Notes: generated by a model from the sequence alone, not told the origin. 64,000 nucleotides of DNA from Eledone cirrhosa (GCA_964016885.1 OZ024751.1:3968001-4032000); one strand, 5' to 3'. Shown: positions 37,632 through 50,280, counted from the stretch's first letter. Translations and numbers: made by a program.

Positions 37632-40600
37632 CCCGTGACCAAGAAATACCGGGATGGCGGCCGGCGGGGAATAGCCGTGTCTCTAGGGGAGAACGACCCC
37701 TCTAGTCTTGGTTGACACTCGTCCTAGAAGTGGTAACACGAAATGATTACCCCTTGGCGGATAAGGATAAAACGCGACAAAATAAAGTAAATGTCTAATG
37801 ATAAAATCTCATACCGGATCGGCCGTCACCCGGGTCAAAAAGGGCCACGTCCCTCAGAGAGGAACCAGACTGGGGTCGAAAAATCAGCTAATGGTTCAAA
37901 CCTTCCCATCACTTCGGAGCTGGAGACCTCCCATAACCTGAATACCCCTACTGTTGGCCCTCCATGCTCACCACCAAGAAATCCAAAGAAAAAGAGAGAA
38001 AAATGGTCAAGGGAAGATAATAAAGAAGTCCTTGAGGCTTTCTACACTGCCATGTACTACCCATCAAATACATCGAATACAGAACAGACATATACGTATC
38101 AACTGGAAAAAGAAACATCCCGAAAACAGCGGCTATATTGACAGTAACAAACTAGCCAATATACGAAGAAATATTGTAAAAAAAAAGTTACTAACTGATA
38201 TAGAAATTGATCAGATCAAGCTATTAGCACAAAGTCAGCGAAGGGAAAATGAAACTCCAAATGAAAACAATGAGATCGTAAATGATAAAGAAATGAATGA
38301 GAATGAACTTGCCAACTTGAAGGATGAAATTATGATCGAATGGATGAAAATGAAAGAATCTGACATGGGGGAACGAGACACCCTCCCTAAGATCCAGAAC
38401 TCCAAACAGAACTAAAAGATAATACACAAGACTAACATAATTCTCAAAAACATTATCATCACAAACAAACTAAACATTACTGATTTAAATCATCTCTATT
38501 ATGCATCGGCTAAAGTGGAGTGAAGATGAAAAAACAAAGGAATTCCCACAAGAAATCTACTTGGCAAGAGAACATCAATCGCCAAATAAACCTTCTCCGA
38601 TCTGACATAGAAATTTTAACAAACTATAAAGTAGGTGAACCTGTTAAACAAACTAAACTTAGAAAAATGAAAAGAAAGTACAGTATAAAATCAACAAGTG
38701 ACATAGACATGCTGATAGAAATAATCAAGCAAAAAGTGTCGGCCAAAGCTGCTCGTATAAGGCGCTTTGAAAAACGATCTAGATTCTATAAGGACAATAA
38801 TATGTTCAAAAACAACCAAAGAAACTTCTACAGAAAAATTGGTAAGTCAACAATAACTGCTAAATCAATACCACCCAATGAGGAAGTGCAAGAATTCTGG
38901 GAAAAGATCTGGGCCGAAGAAAAAGTTCATAATATATATGCCCCATGGATAGACAGATAAATGAAAGATACAGCTCACCTTGAGGAACAAATATGGGAAA
39001 ATATAACAGTTGAACAGTTGCGTTTGGCTCTAAGAAAAACCAGCAAATGGAAATCCCGAGGAAAAGACAAAATACAAAATTTTTGGATAAATGCCTTCAC
39101 AGAGTCTCATGAGCTGTTAGCCCAACTTTACAATGAAATAGTTAAGGAGCCAGAAAAGATACCATCATGGCTAGTTAACGGCATTACATTCCTGCTTCCG
39201 AAGAATGATGAGACAAACAATCCCAAAAATTACAGACCGATAACTTGCTTGACCACAATGTATAACATTTTAACATCAGTTCTAACTGAATATACATATG
39301 ACCACCTGATAACAAATGACCTATTTCCCATTGAGCAGAAAGGGTGTAAACGAGGCTCATATGGCTGTAAGGATCAGCTTTTGGTTAACAAAATAATACT
39401 GGAAGATTGTCATAATAGACACAAAAATCTATCAATTGCTTGGATAGATTATAAAAAAGCATTCGATAGTTTGCCACACAGTTGGATTGAAAAATGTTTA
39501 GAGATTTTCAAAATATCTCCCGTTGTCAGAAGGTTTTTGTCATTCAGTATGAAGACATGGAAAACGACACTCCTTTTGAATAGTGAAACAAAATCACTGG
39601 AAGCTGGAGAAGTTAATATTAATTGTGGAATTTTTCAGGGTGACTCTTTATCACCACTTTTATTCTGCATCGCACTTATACCATTAAGTAAAATGCTCAA
39701 TGAAACAAAACATGGATATAAAGTCTATGACAAAACCATTAATCACTTGTTCTACATGGATGACCTGAAACTATTTGCAAAAAATGATGAACAATTGCAA
39801 GGGCTATTATCCACTGTGGAGCAGTTCAGTGATGACATTAAAATGGAGTTTGGACTAGATAAATGCGCCAAAGCAACGTTCACCAGAGGAAAGCTGCTGA
39901 AAAGTTCAGACATTAATCTTGATCGGGGGAATGTGATAAGAGAACTTGATCAAGAGGAAACTTACAAATATCTAGGTGTTTGTGAAGGAGACGGAATCAA
40001 GCACTCGACAATGAGGGAAAGGATAAGGAAGGAATGTTACCGCAGAGTAAGAGCAATCTTAAGAACGGAATTGAATGCAAGGAATAGGATCGATGCCATA
40101 AACACGCTTGCCATACCAGTAGTAACCTACAGTTACAATGTCATCAACTGGTCAAGCACAGAGATCCGTAGGCTCGATACAAAAATTCGAAAATTCTTAA
40201 CCATGCACATAATGCATCACCCTAAGGTAGATACAGATAGAATATATCTCCCTAGGAAAGAAGGAGGACGTGGGTTAATCCAGTTAGACATTGCGTTGAA
40301 AACTGCAACAATTGGATTATCTACATATCTAAGGGAATCACATGATTGGATGATCAAACTCGTTTTGAAACACGAAAGAATCAAAAGATCATACTCCATT
40401 ACAAAAGATGCACAAAGATACAGTAATGGACTACAAATTTCAGAAGTCCCATTTACTGCTGAAATGGAAAACACAGAAAAAGCAAAGCAGGTAAAAGTAA
40501 CTGCAAAGAAAGAACTGCTACAGAAACTGGCTAAGAAATGGCAAGAAAAGCCTCTGTATGGAAAATACCCAGAACGAGCTAACAATCCTGATGTTGACAA

Positions 40601-41446
40601 AACTTTAACCCATCAGTGGTTGGCATCCTCTGGACTGAAATCGGAGACTGAAGGACTGATTATATCAGCACAAGATCAGTGTCTGCCAACAAAAAATTAC
40701 CAAGCCAACATAATAAAAAATGGATGCAACCCATTATGCCGTGTATGTAAAAAACAACCAGAGACCATTGACCATATAATTTCAATGTGCAGTCCTATAG
40801 CTCCAACCGAATACCTAAACAGGCATGACAGAGCTGCACAATACATACATTGGATAATGTGTAAGCATTTTGACCTGCCCCATCAAAAGAATTGGTGGGA
40901 GCATCAACCACCTCCCATACTTGAAAAAGATCACATCTCAATCTTGTGGAACTTTAGCATCCAAACAGACCGAAAAATAGATGCAAATAGACCTGATATA
41001 ATATTGAAGGACTTTAAAAAGAGGGTATGCCTGCTAATTGATATGTCCGTTCCAATAGACAAGAATGTATCTATAAAAACATTTGAAAAATTGAGCAAGT
41101 ATAAGGACCTGGAGATAGAAATTGGAAAAATGTGGAAATTGAGAACTAAAACAATACCAGTGGTTGTAAGCGCTCTAGGAATGATACCTAAGGGGTCTAA
41201 TGATTACTTATCGCAAATCCCAGGAAACCCGCGTATAGGAGAAATACAAAAGATAGTACTAATGGGAACTGCCCATATACTAAGGAAGATTCTGTCAATA
41301 TAAGTACATCACAAGTCTAAACACCTAAAGATGCATGTGTGAGTATGTATGTTCTTTCTTGAACATGGCGGACCTTGTTGTCTCTTGAGGTCACTGGTTG
41401 TGACTTGGTGATAACTCGTATGAACATAAAGCAAGATAAATGCAGC

Positions 41447-41447
<1 letters not shown>
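37632..41447 (+). mobile_element. R4/Dong-like RLE LINE family B (5' limit uncertain, may extend to 36950)
   Basis: ORF pieces 37791-41303: NYRPITCL, QGDSLSPLLF, YMDDLK, CRVC..HIISMC, RPDII..DMSVP..EKLSKY; (AAT)n tail. Confidence 0.93.
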
Positions 41448-41497
<50 letters not shown>

Positions 41498-41499
<2 letters not shown>

Positions 41500-42244
41500 T
41501 TTCTTTATTAACAAGGGTTTACATAAAGTAGACATTAAGGACAGTGCAGGACAATACAGGACGGTACTAATAGGCATTTCTGCGTGTAAAAAACAAAAAC
41601 AGAGGATGTAACAAAAAAATAACAATGAAAATTTCCCCAATAGGGGGGAGACTTCGGAGGGACATTTGTGGAGAAAGCCCAGTAAAAACCACAGTGACCC
41701 TGACCACCAAGGCAAGTGCCCTCTCCCAGTTTTCCACCTTTAATTTACATATACGTACTCAGAGTAGGCCCATTCACTCGGGCCATTCTTGCTTCTCTCA
41801 CCCACCTTTCAACAAAATGCTGGGAAGAGAGCACTTCCCTCTCTACTCTGATTTTCCTTTTCAAATGAAATTTGAAAAAGTTAATCAGGGCATCACCGAA
41901 GAGGTAAGTGCTCGTCTTCAGCCCTTTCAAACGTGTCCACCATACTATCTCTTTCGCCATGGCCACCAGACAGATAAAAACTGCCTGCCTTTCCCGGCTA
42001 AAGGAAGAGGGCGAGGCAATCCTCACGATGGACTCAGATGATAGCCGGATCCGTCATACACGCGACAGCAGGTGTTCGACATAAACCCACAAGTCAGCAA
42101 TTTTCGGACACTGGACGAGTGCGTGCAGGACGATTTCGTCGCCCTGTGCGCATCTCGGACATGTCCGACTGACGGCACCTCCATGCCTGTAGAGTTTATC
42201 CCGAACTGGCAAAGCTCCTCGGTAGCACTGCCAGGCCAGGGATT

Positions 42245-42245
<1 letters not shown>
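41498..42245 (-). mobile_element. Tx1 3' fragment in (AAT)n
   Basis: Matches 26964-27712. Confidence 0.95.
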
Positions 42246-42286
<41 letters not shown>

Positions 42287-42482
42287 TGTTCGCTTTACAT
42301 GGCTGAATACAATAAATGTAATCTGAGTTTTTCGAATATTAATAATAATATTCGATTCGTTTGCAATTATGCAAACAAGCCTCAATTTTATAGCCATGTC
42401 AGTAGAATGAGCCCCTCGTTCTTGGTCTTGTGTTAGCATGTAAACAATATATATGAGAGTGTGTGTGTATGTGTGTGCATGC

Positions 42483-42513
<31 letters not shown>

Positions 42514-42719
42514 GATATAGATATAGATATGTAAAATCCGGACCGCGGTGGCACGCGGTGTGGTCTTGTGTCGATATATACATGTGTGTGTCTGTGGTGG
42601 TAAGTGGTCAGAAACTACCAGGAGAGCTGGACATCACAATATCATTTTTTAGACGAGCGAAGAAACGCTGATCTACAAAAATTCGTCCAAACACACCCAT
42701 TCAGAAGATACACTAAAAG

Positions 42720-43275
42720 TTACACACTCACACACACACAGTTGTACATAACACTGTGGTACATACATACACACACTAATATGTACAGAAAAATATACAT
42801 ACACGCACACACTCACTTATACGTACACCAACAGTTACACACACAAACATGTATAAACACACTAATACGTACATCAAACAATACACACGGTCGTGTAAAT
42901 AACGCACACACTGATACATACACTATATACGCAGAAACGCAGGCATATAAACACTCACACATTGACACATACACCACATACACACATATTGATACGAACA
43001 CTACACATACATACACACACATTGATACGTACACTGCATATGTACAAACGCAGGCATACATACACATTCACATTCACACATACAAACACAAGCATACATA
43101 CACACTCATTGATACATACACTATATATATATACACAGGCAAATGCAGGCATACTTACACATACACACATACAAACGTAGGCATACATATACCACATACA
43201 CAGGTGAACGCAGGCATACATACACACATTGATAAATACACCATACACAAACGCTAATACACACACATACACGTA
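42720..43275. repeat. Degenerate (CA/TA)n low-complexity tract
   Basis: Directly visible. Confidence 0.85.
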
Positions 43276-43581
43276 CAGTGAGTGAGGCGAACGAAAGAGC
43301 CTGTATGTGGTCTAAAGGCTTGCTCGAAATAGCAGCAAGGTTTCCTCAAATCGTACCCTACTGTTTGATAAAACAAAGGCACAAGAAATCATGTAGTCAT
43401 AGATACACTATATCAGAGTGAGTGGGAGAGAAAAAGATATGGATTGGTCATGAATGGAACATGTTTGATTATGGTTGTGCCTCGTCAGCGCTAACCAAAC
43501 AACACAAGCACATACATGCATACATACATGAGTATACAGATACATATATACATACATAGATAGCACACTTGTTTATACATG

Positions 43582-43627
<46 letters not shown>

Positions 43628-44011
43628 TACAAAACACGCAAAACATGTTTATACATGTATACAGACGTATCGTTTTAAATAAAGGACACAGTGTATCTGG
43701 CCCTTCTTTATAAGAAAAAAGGAGTGGTCACCACTGGAACGTCTTTGATTATAGGTCAACTCGGCCAGGGCATGCCTGGGACTGAACGAAAACAACACCA
43801 GGCATAACACAGATAGATTTATAAATATATTTACATAGATTCATCTGGGTTGTGTGTATGCATATATAATTGTATATATACATGTATGTATAAATTCAGA
43901 CATATATATATTTATATATATATATATATATAAATGAAGTAATTCCATCGGAAAAGTCCAGGAAAAAAGAGTGCTCTATGTAGGCAACAGAGCTTAATTA
44001 TTATTAACTTT

Positions 44012-44110
44012 GGTTAACTTTGCCTTTCATCCTTACGGGGTCGATAAAATAAAGTACCAGTAATGTACTGGGATAAGTGCTGGCCTTGTGCCAAAAAGTA
44101 GAAACAATTA
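44012..44110 (+). mobile_element. S1 SINE 3' half inserted into a pLTR-like unit at aattatt
   Basis: Flanks rejoin to match the uninterrupted 25740-25800. Confidence 0.75.
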
Positions 44111-44135
44111 TGTAATAAACAACATAAGGCAATTA

Positions 44136-44195
44136 TTCCATTTACCAGTGGTTTCTTAAAAGCAAAAGGTTTTGCTTTCAATCCTCAGAATGAAA
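44136..44195 (-). ncRNA. Type I hammerhead A
   Basis: tttcatt-CTGAGGA-ttgaaagcaaa/tttgcttttaa (11-bp stem II)-GAAA-CCACTGG-TA-aatggaa. Confidence 0.8.
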
Positions 44196-44307
44196 AATCC
44201 TGGTTTGTTTATTGAATATGGATTCTAAAAACAAAAATGCAATCTATATCTATATATATATAATATTATTCAAAATATTAATAAATGGAGACATTTACAT
44301 AATCAAA

Positions 44308-44379
44308 ATATGTTTTATTATATATATTTCGGAGGTACTGTGCTGTTTTTTCAGTACGTCCTCATCAGATAAAATATAT
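44308..44379 (-). ncRNA. Type I hammerhead B
   Basis: atatattttat-CTGATGA-ggacgtactg..cagtacctcc-GAAA-TATATA-TA-ataaaacatat. Confidence 0.85.
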
Positions 44380-44615
44380 GAATTTATGTATGACATACCT
44401 CAACTGAGTTGATGGTTCAATTTCAGTCTTGGCAGTGATTTATTACAAAACTCAATATTTATATACCACAAGTCAACGCAGACTTTTGGTATATAAATAT
44501 TGAGTTTTGTTGTAATAAATCACATTGTTCTCGGTATGGTGAACTAACTGTTGTGTAACCACTTCTATATATATATTAGAATATAAATATTAATAAAATA
44601 GATGTTCTTTTGATC

Positions 44616-44680
44616 AATTACATTTTATTATACATATTTCGGATATACAACAGTACGTCCTCATCAGACAAAATATAATT
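44616..44680 (-). ncRNA. Type I hammerhead C
   Basis: aattatattttgt-CTGATGA-ggacgtac-tgtt-gtatatcc-GAAA-TATGTA-TA-ataaaatgtaatt; 13-bp stem I. Confidence 0.85.
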
Positions 44681-44776
44681 ATACATGACATACCCTGAGA
44701 TGTTAAATGGTATATATATATATATATATATATGTACGATATTAACAAATGGAAACTATATTTATAAAACCATATT

Positions 44777-44841
44777 TATTTCATTATACATATTTCAAGG
44801 ACACCAAGTTAAATTATGGTGTGCTTTCATCAGACAAAATA
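44777..44841 (-). ncRNA. Type I hammerhead D
   Basis: tattttgt-CTGATGA-aagcacacca..tggtgtcctt-GAAA-TATGTA-TA-atgaaata. Confidence 0.85.
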
Positions 44842-44947
44842 TAATCATTTGTTAATATCGTATGTTTATTCCAAATACTTGTTGAGTGCTTTATATCAGT
44901 TATAAAAATATTTGCTTGTTGTATCCTAACAATTTAAATAGAACTTT

Positions 44948-44996
<49 letters not shown>

Positions 44997-45075
44997 TATC
45001 CCGATGTCTTCCAAAAGTAACGGTTGCATTTTGAAAGGGTATGTCAATATTTATTTATAAAACTGGTATATATTG

Positions 45076-45140
45076 TATTTTGTCTGATGAAAGCATACCA
45101 TAATTTAACATGGTATCCTTGAAATATGTATAATAAAATA
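45076..45140 (+). ncRNA. Type I hammerhead E (inverted relative to A-D)
   Basis: tattttgt-CTGATGA-aagcataccat..atggtatcctt-GAAA-TATGTA-TA-ataaaata. Confidence 0.85.
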
Positions 45141-45263
45141 GATATGGTTTTATAAATATAGTTTCCATTTGTTAATATCGTATATTTACTCCAAATACTT
45201 GTCGAGTGCTTTATATCAGTTATAAAAATATTTGCTTGTTGTATCCCAACAATTTTAATAGAA

Positions 45264-45326
<63 letters not shown>

Positions 45327-45430
45327 ATGCTTTGGGAGGGTCATGGTTGCCAATAATTCAGAAACGAAATATATATATATAGTGAAAGAGTGAAGAATAG
45401 AATAACATGGGCGGCTGTACAAAAAGTGTT

Positions 45431-45507
<77 letters not shown>

Positions 45508-45513
45508 ATGTAT

Positions 45514-45810
45514 GAGAGCGCATGGCTTTGTGTTTAGAGTATTCGACTTACGATCGTAAGGTTGTGAGTTTGATTCCCGGCGGCACAATGTGTACTTGGG
45601 CAAGACACTTTATTTCACATTGTTACAGTCCAGTTAGCAGGCAAAAATGAGTGGTACCTGACCTGTCACATTCTGTGTCATATTGAATCTCCCTGAGAAC
45701 TACGTTAAGAGTGGGGTACACGTGTCTGAGGAATGCCTTTACTTGCACGTTAATTTCACGAGCAAGCTGTTCCGTCATGGTAACCGACTCATCATGGTAA
45801 CCGACGGATT
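45514..45810 (+). mobile_element. tRNA-derived CORE-like SINE
   Basis: A/B-box-like head, tgtgtacttgggcaagacactt core. Confidence 0.65.
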
Positions 45811-46147
45811 GGCAGTATGTAAATGTATGTATATATATATATTTCCTCTGATAATTTGTAATATTTTTACATAGATCTATATGATATACATACCAACACA
45901 CATATACATCCCAGAAACGATCGTAAAATGATGAATTTTTTAATATAAGGAACTTGTTCTTTGTTTTTATTTCATTGTTTTTATTAATTTATATATTTAT
46001 ATATATCATTTCTGATATATATATATATATCATTTCAGATTTTTGCGTTTCGTTTCGCTTTTTTCCTGCCCGCCGAAAATGCGATTCTCGCTGAATCTTT
46101 ATTTATAAACGGCTTGAGCTCTGCCGTCGGGGTCTTGAACATTTTCC

Positions 46148-46184
<37 letters not shown>

Positions 46185-46750
46185 AAATGTTCAAGACCCC
46201 GACGGCAGAGCTCAAGCAGTTTCGACGGCTATTTCTATTTCTTGGGCTCTGCCGTCGGGGTCTTGAACGTTTTCCTATTACCCACTCTACTACCTTAAGT
46301 ATTGAGTACTCTGGTGCGTTATGGTCCACCTGGTTCCTTACCATACTTCCTTCGTTATATATATACAAATGACATACATATATGCATTGCATGCACGCAC
46401 GCACGCACACACACACACACACACACACATACACACATACACACATACATACATACATACATACATACATACATACATACATACATACGTACATACATAC
46501 ATACATACATACATACATACATACATACATACATACATACATCCCTAATTCATAGTCTACAAATGGCTGCGATAGCTGGCACCTTCAAAATTTGCAAAAC
46601 ATTCTTGCGATTCAAGGGATGACAATTTCTTTTCTTTTACAACCTTGCCACCGGGAAGGTGGCCTGTCAAAAAAATATACTCGAAATTAAGAGAAAGAGA
46701 TAACATACATACGTTACATATGTATTTATATATTAGTCCGTTGCTCTTAC

Positions 46751-46906
46751 CTTGACTAGTTTAAACTCCGAAAGCTCGTTATGTTTGGTCCATGTAAATG
46801 TATTGTTTTTATGATATTCCAGTTTCCATCCATCAGTTTCTTCACAGAGTTTCTTCAGTTTCTTAAAGTCTTCATCATCAGCCACCCTCACTTCACCAAC
46901 ATGCAT
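46751..46906 (-). CDS. STARD10: First coding exon of a START-domain PCTP-like protein
   Basis: MHVGEVRVADDEDFKKLKKLCEETDGWKLEYHKNNTFTWTKHNELSEFKLVK resembles the STARD10 N-terminus; ends at AAG|GTAAGA phase-0 donor. Confidence 0.8.
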
Positions 46907-47984
46907 CGTTGAGTAGATTAGAGTGCACCTCCGCTTACTCTCTTTCTCTTTCTCTCTCACACTCTGTCACTGTCTATCTATGACTATCTCTCTCACTGTG
47001 TAACTCTCTCCCACTCTCTCGTTTTACCACCAACACCACCACTTATGCGTTTCTCCTTTACTCCTTCTTTCTCTCTCTCTTTCAATGTTTCACTATCTCT
47101 ATCTGTCTCCTTCGTCTCACTGTCTGTCTCTCTGTCTTTCTGTCCGTCTCTAACTTTTTGTCTATCCCTTTATCTTTCTGTTCGTCTCTCTGCCACTCTG
47201 CCTCTCTCTCTCTATCTCTATTTCAGGCCTAGTTCCTAGCGAATAACTACGATGGGAATGTTTTTGTTCACTGGTCACCCTTGAGATGTGGACTATTATT
47301 TGTTAGGAACGTGTGTATGTGACACTAGTAGATGGTGGTGGGTACATCCGATATGAATCAGTAGAGCGCTGAGGTGCAATGGAGAGAGATGGACACTACT
47401 CAGAAAGATAAGGTACACACAAACTAAGAGTGAAAGAGAGACAGACAGACACAACAAATGAGTTTAGAAAACAATAATTCCAGTGAGAGAAACAAAAGGG
47501 CGAGATGGGAAGCAAAATAGAAAAAAGGAGAAATATATAAAGAATGGGAGAGAGAATACAGTAGATCGATGTTAATTAAACATCGTGGTTTAACGGCCGA
47601 TAGAAGATAGAATACAAGAATGGAGAAGAGGAAAAAAAAGATAAGGGAAAGAGAAATTGGAGTTTTGTGTTCATCAAAAGCTAGAATGGAAAAATGAGTT
47701 GAATCCGACGAGAGGTGATATTTGTTCCTTCTGTTCTTGTAGCACGGAATCAGAATGAAGTGCAAAAAAGGAGAGGAACTGAGTAGCGAGAATCCGGTGA
47801 GAGTGAGAGATAGTTTTGGGTTTGTCAGAGCCGAAGTTGAGGAGAAGAGTCAGGAAAATATAAGGATCTGGGTAGCAGGCAAGTCTATGATGTGTACACC
47901 AGTTTGTGGTGGTGGTGTGTTATTTGTGTATGTGTGTATATTATAGTAACGTAAAGTTTCGTGGGGTGGGGGGGGAGGCTTCTG

Positions 47985-48060
47985 GTTTAAGACAGCGATA
48001 CTTCCGGGCGACTACTGCTGCAGTGAAAAAATGTGCGGGTGGATAAAACCCCCGACTACA
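47985..48060 (-). promoter_or_regulatory. Candidate promoter segment of the START gene
   Basis: Locally CpG-rich, ETS-like CCGGAAGT on the minus strand about 1.1 kb upstream of the ATG; weak. Confidence 0.25.
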
Positions 48061-49490
48061 CACTCACACTCTTTCCAATACACACATATACATACACACA
48101 TACATACATACATACATACATACATACATACATACATACATACATACATACATTCGTAAATCCATACTTCTCTCAAACATAGACATGCTTAGTCACAAAC
48201 AGATAGATGATGCACACACACACATATTCTCTCAAACACTGACACACATACACAACCAGACACGGCCACATATACACATTCTCTCAAACATTGACACACA
48301 TACGCAATCAGATAAAGTCACACACGCACACACATACACATCTTCTCTCAAACACTGACACACATACACACGCATACACTGTCATACACACTCAGATGGT
48401 GGTGTACGCATACTCATACACTATCATACACATACAGATAACATTATACACACAGATAGGGCTCTATACACACATTCTCTCAAACGGTGACACACACAGT
48501 CATACACAGTCACACACACGCAGTTGGTGATGTACACACACAGATAGTGCTGTACATACACAAGATAGTGCTATACACACACACACTCAAACAGTGACAC
48601 ACATCCACGCACATACAGTCACACACACACAGATAGTGCTGTACACACATACACACTCAAACAGTGACACACATACACAATCATATACACACACTGATAG
48701 TGCTGTACACACACACTGCAACAGTTGGATAATTCACAAGCTGTGATGACGTTGCTCGCTTCTTTTCAATAACGCAGTTCCGCCACCGCAGAATAAACAA
48801 GACTAACGCGGTGTAGTGATGATGATGGTGGTGGTGGTGGTGTAGTGTAGCTGTAGTGGGGGTGGGGGGTGTAATAGTATGGTGATGGTGGTGGTGTAGT
48901 ATAGTGATGGTGGTAGTGGTGGTGTTGTGATGATGGTGGTGGTAGTGTAGTGATGGTGATAGTGTAGTAGGGGGGGGTAGTGGTGTTCAGATGGTGGTGG
49001 TTGTAGTGGTGATGGTGTAGTGGTGGTGGTGATGGTGGTGGTGTGGTGTAGCGGTGTAGTGATGATATGATGATCGCGGTTGTGACGGTGTAGTGGTAGT
49101 GGTGTAGTGTTGGTGGTGATGGTGGTGTAGTAGTGGTATAGTGGTGGTGGTGGTGGTGGTATAGTTGTGTTGTGGTGCTGTAGTGATGCTGGTGGTGGTG
49201 GTATAGTGATTATGGTGGTGGAGGTGTTGTAGTGGTGGTGATGTAGTCGTGTAGTGTTGTTGTGGTGGTAATGGCGGTGGTGTAGTGATGATGGTGGTGA
49301 TGTAGTATCGATAGTGGTTGTATAGCAGTGATGTAGTGGCAGAGTAGTAGTAGTAGTGGCAGTGGTGGTGATAGTAGTGATTGTGTTGTAATGGTGGTGA
49401 AGTGGTAGTGTACTGGTGTAGTGGCAGTGTAGTGCTGGTACATTGGTTGTGCAGTGGTGGTGTAGTGCTGGTGTACTTGCAGTGTAGTTT
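48060..49490. repeat. CA-rich then (GTG/GTA)n low-complexity tracts
   Basis: Directly visible; a short CpG-rich unique island at 48720-48810. Confidence 0.85.
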
Positions 49491-49896
49491 CCAGTGTAAT
49501 GCCCTACTAATCACAATGTCACTTAGAGTACAGCTTTAGTGGTAGTCGTCGTGTTGGTGCCAGAAAACCTACAATCTTCCCATGTCACTAAGGTTTATTT
49601 ATTTGTCTTCATACTTATTAGATTCTACTTTGAACTCATTTACTATATTTTCTTCCTCTGCCAGAGAACAATGCCAAAAGACTGACTTTTTTTTAGCTGT
49701 TGAAGAATTGTAATTGACCTATCACTACACTCACACTCACCAGCTGTCACACTCTCATTCAACAGCTGTCACTTAATCACACTCAATTACTAGCTACTAT
49801 CAGTAATTCACTTACACTCAATTACCAGCTGTCACTCAAACTGTTCCCTTATTTTTCACACCACAGCTTCTTCTTTACACACACACACTCTCTCTC

Positions 49897-49956
<60 letters not shown>

Positions 49957-50186
49957 CCTATGAAGAAGGGAGCACTTGCACAACACGCTCCTGAAGTTGA
50001 GGGTTGTTCTATCGACGGGGTATTAAACAACCCGTTTGTGGCGTCTCCCCCTTATTGGGGATTCTCGATTGTTATAATTGTTTGTTAGTTTTTTTGGTTT
50101 TTTTACACGACTGTATGTAAAATCCCCGGCATGTGTCTTTGTATTGTCCCCTTTTCTTGTGCGCCCTTGTGGCAAATAAAGAAATC
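49957..50186 (+). mobile_element. 3' end of a second Tx1 family with (TCTA)n tail
   Basis: gtctcccccttattggggatt and cccttgtggcaaataaagaaatc shared with the Tx1 3' UTR at 10780-10936. Confidence 0.7.
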
Positions 50187-50202
50187 TATCTATCTATCTA
50201 TC

Positions 50203-50247
<45 letters not shown>

Positions 50248-50280
50248 CTATATCTATCTATGTATCGATCTATAGATATC

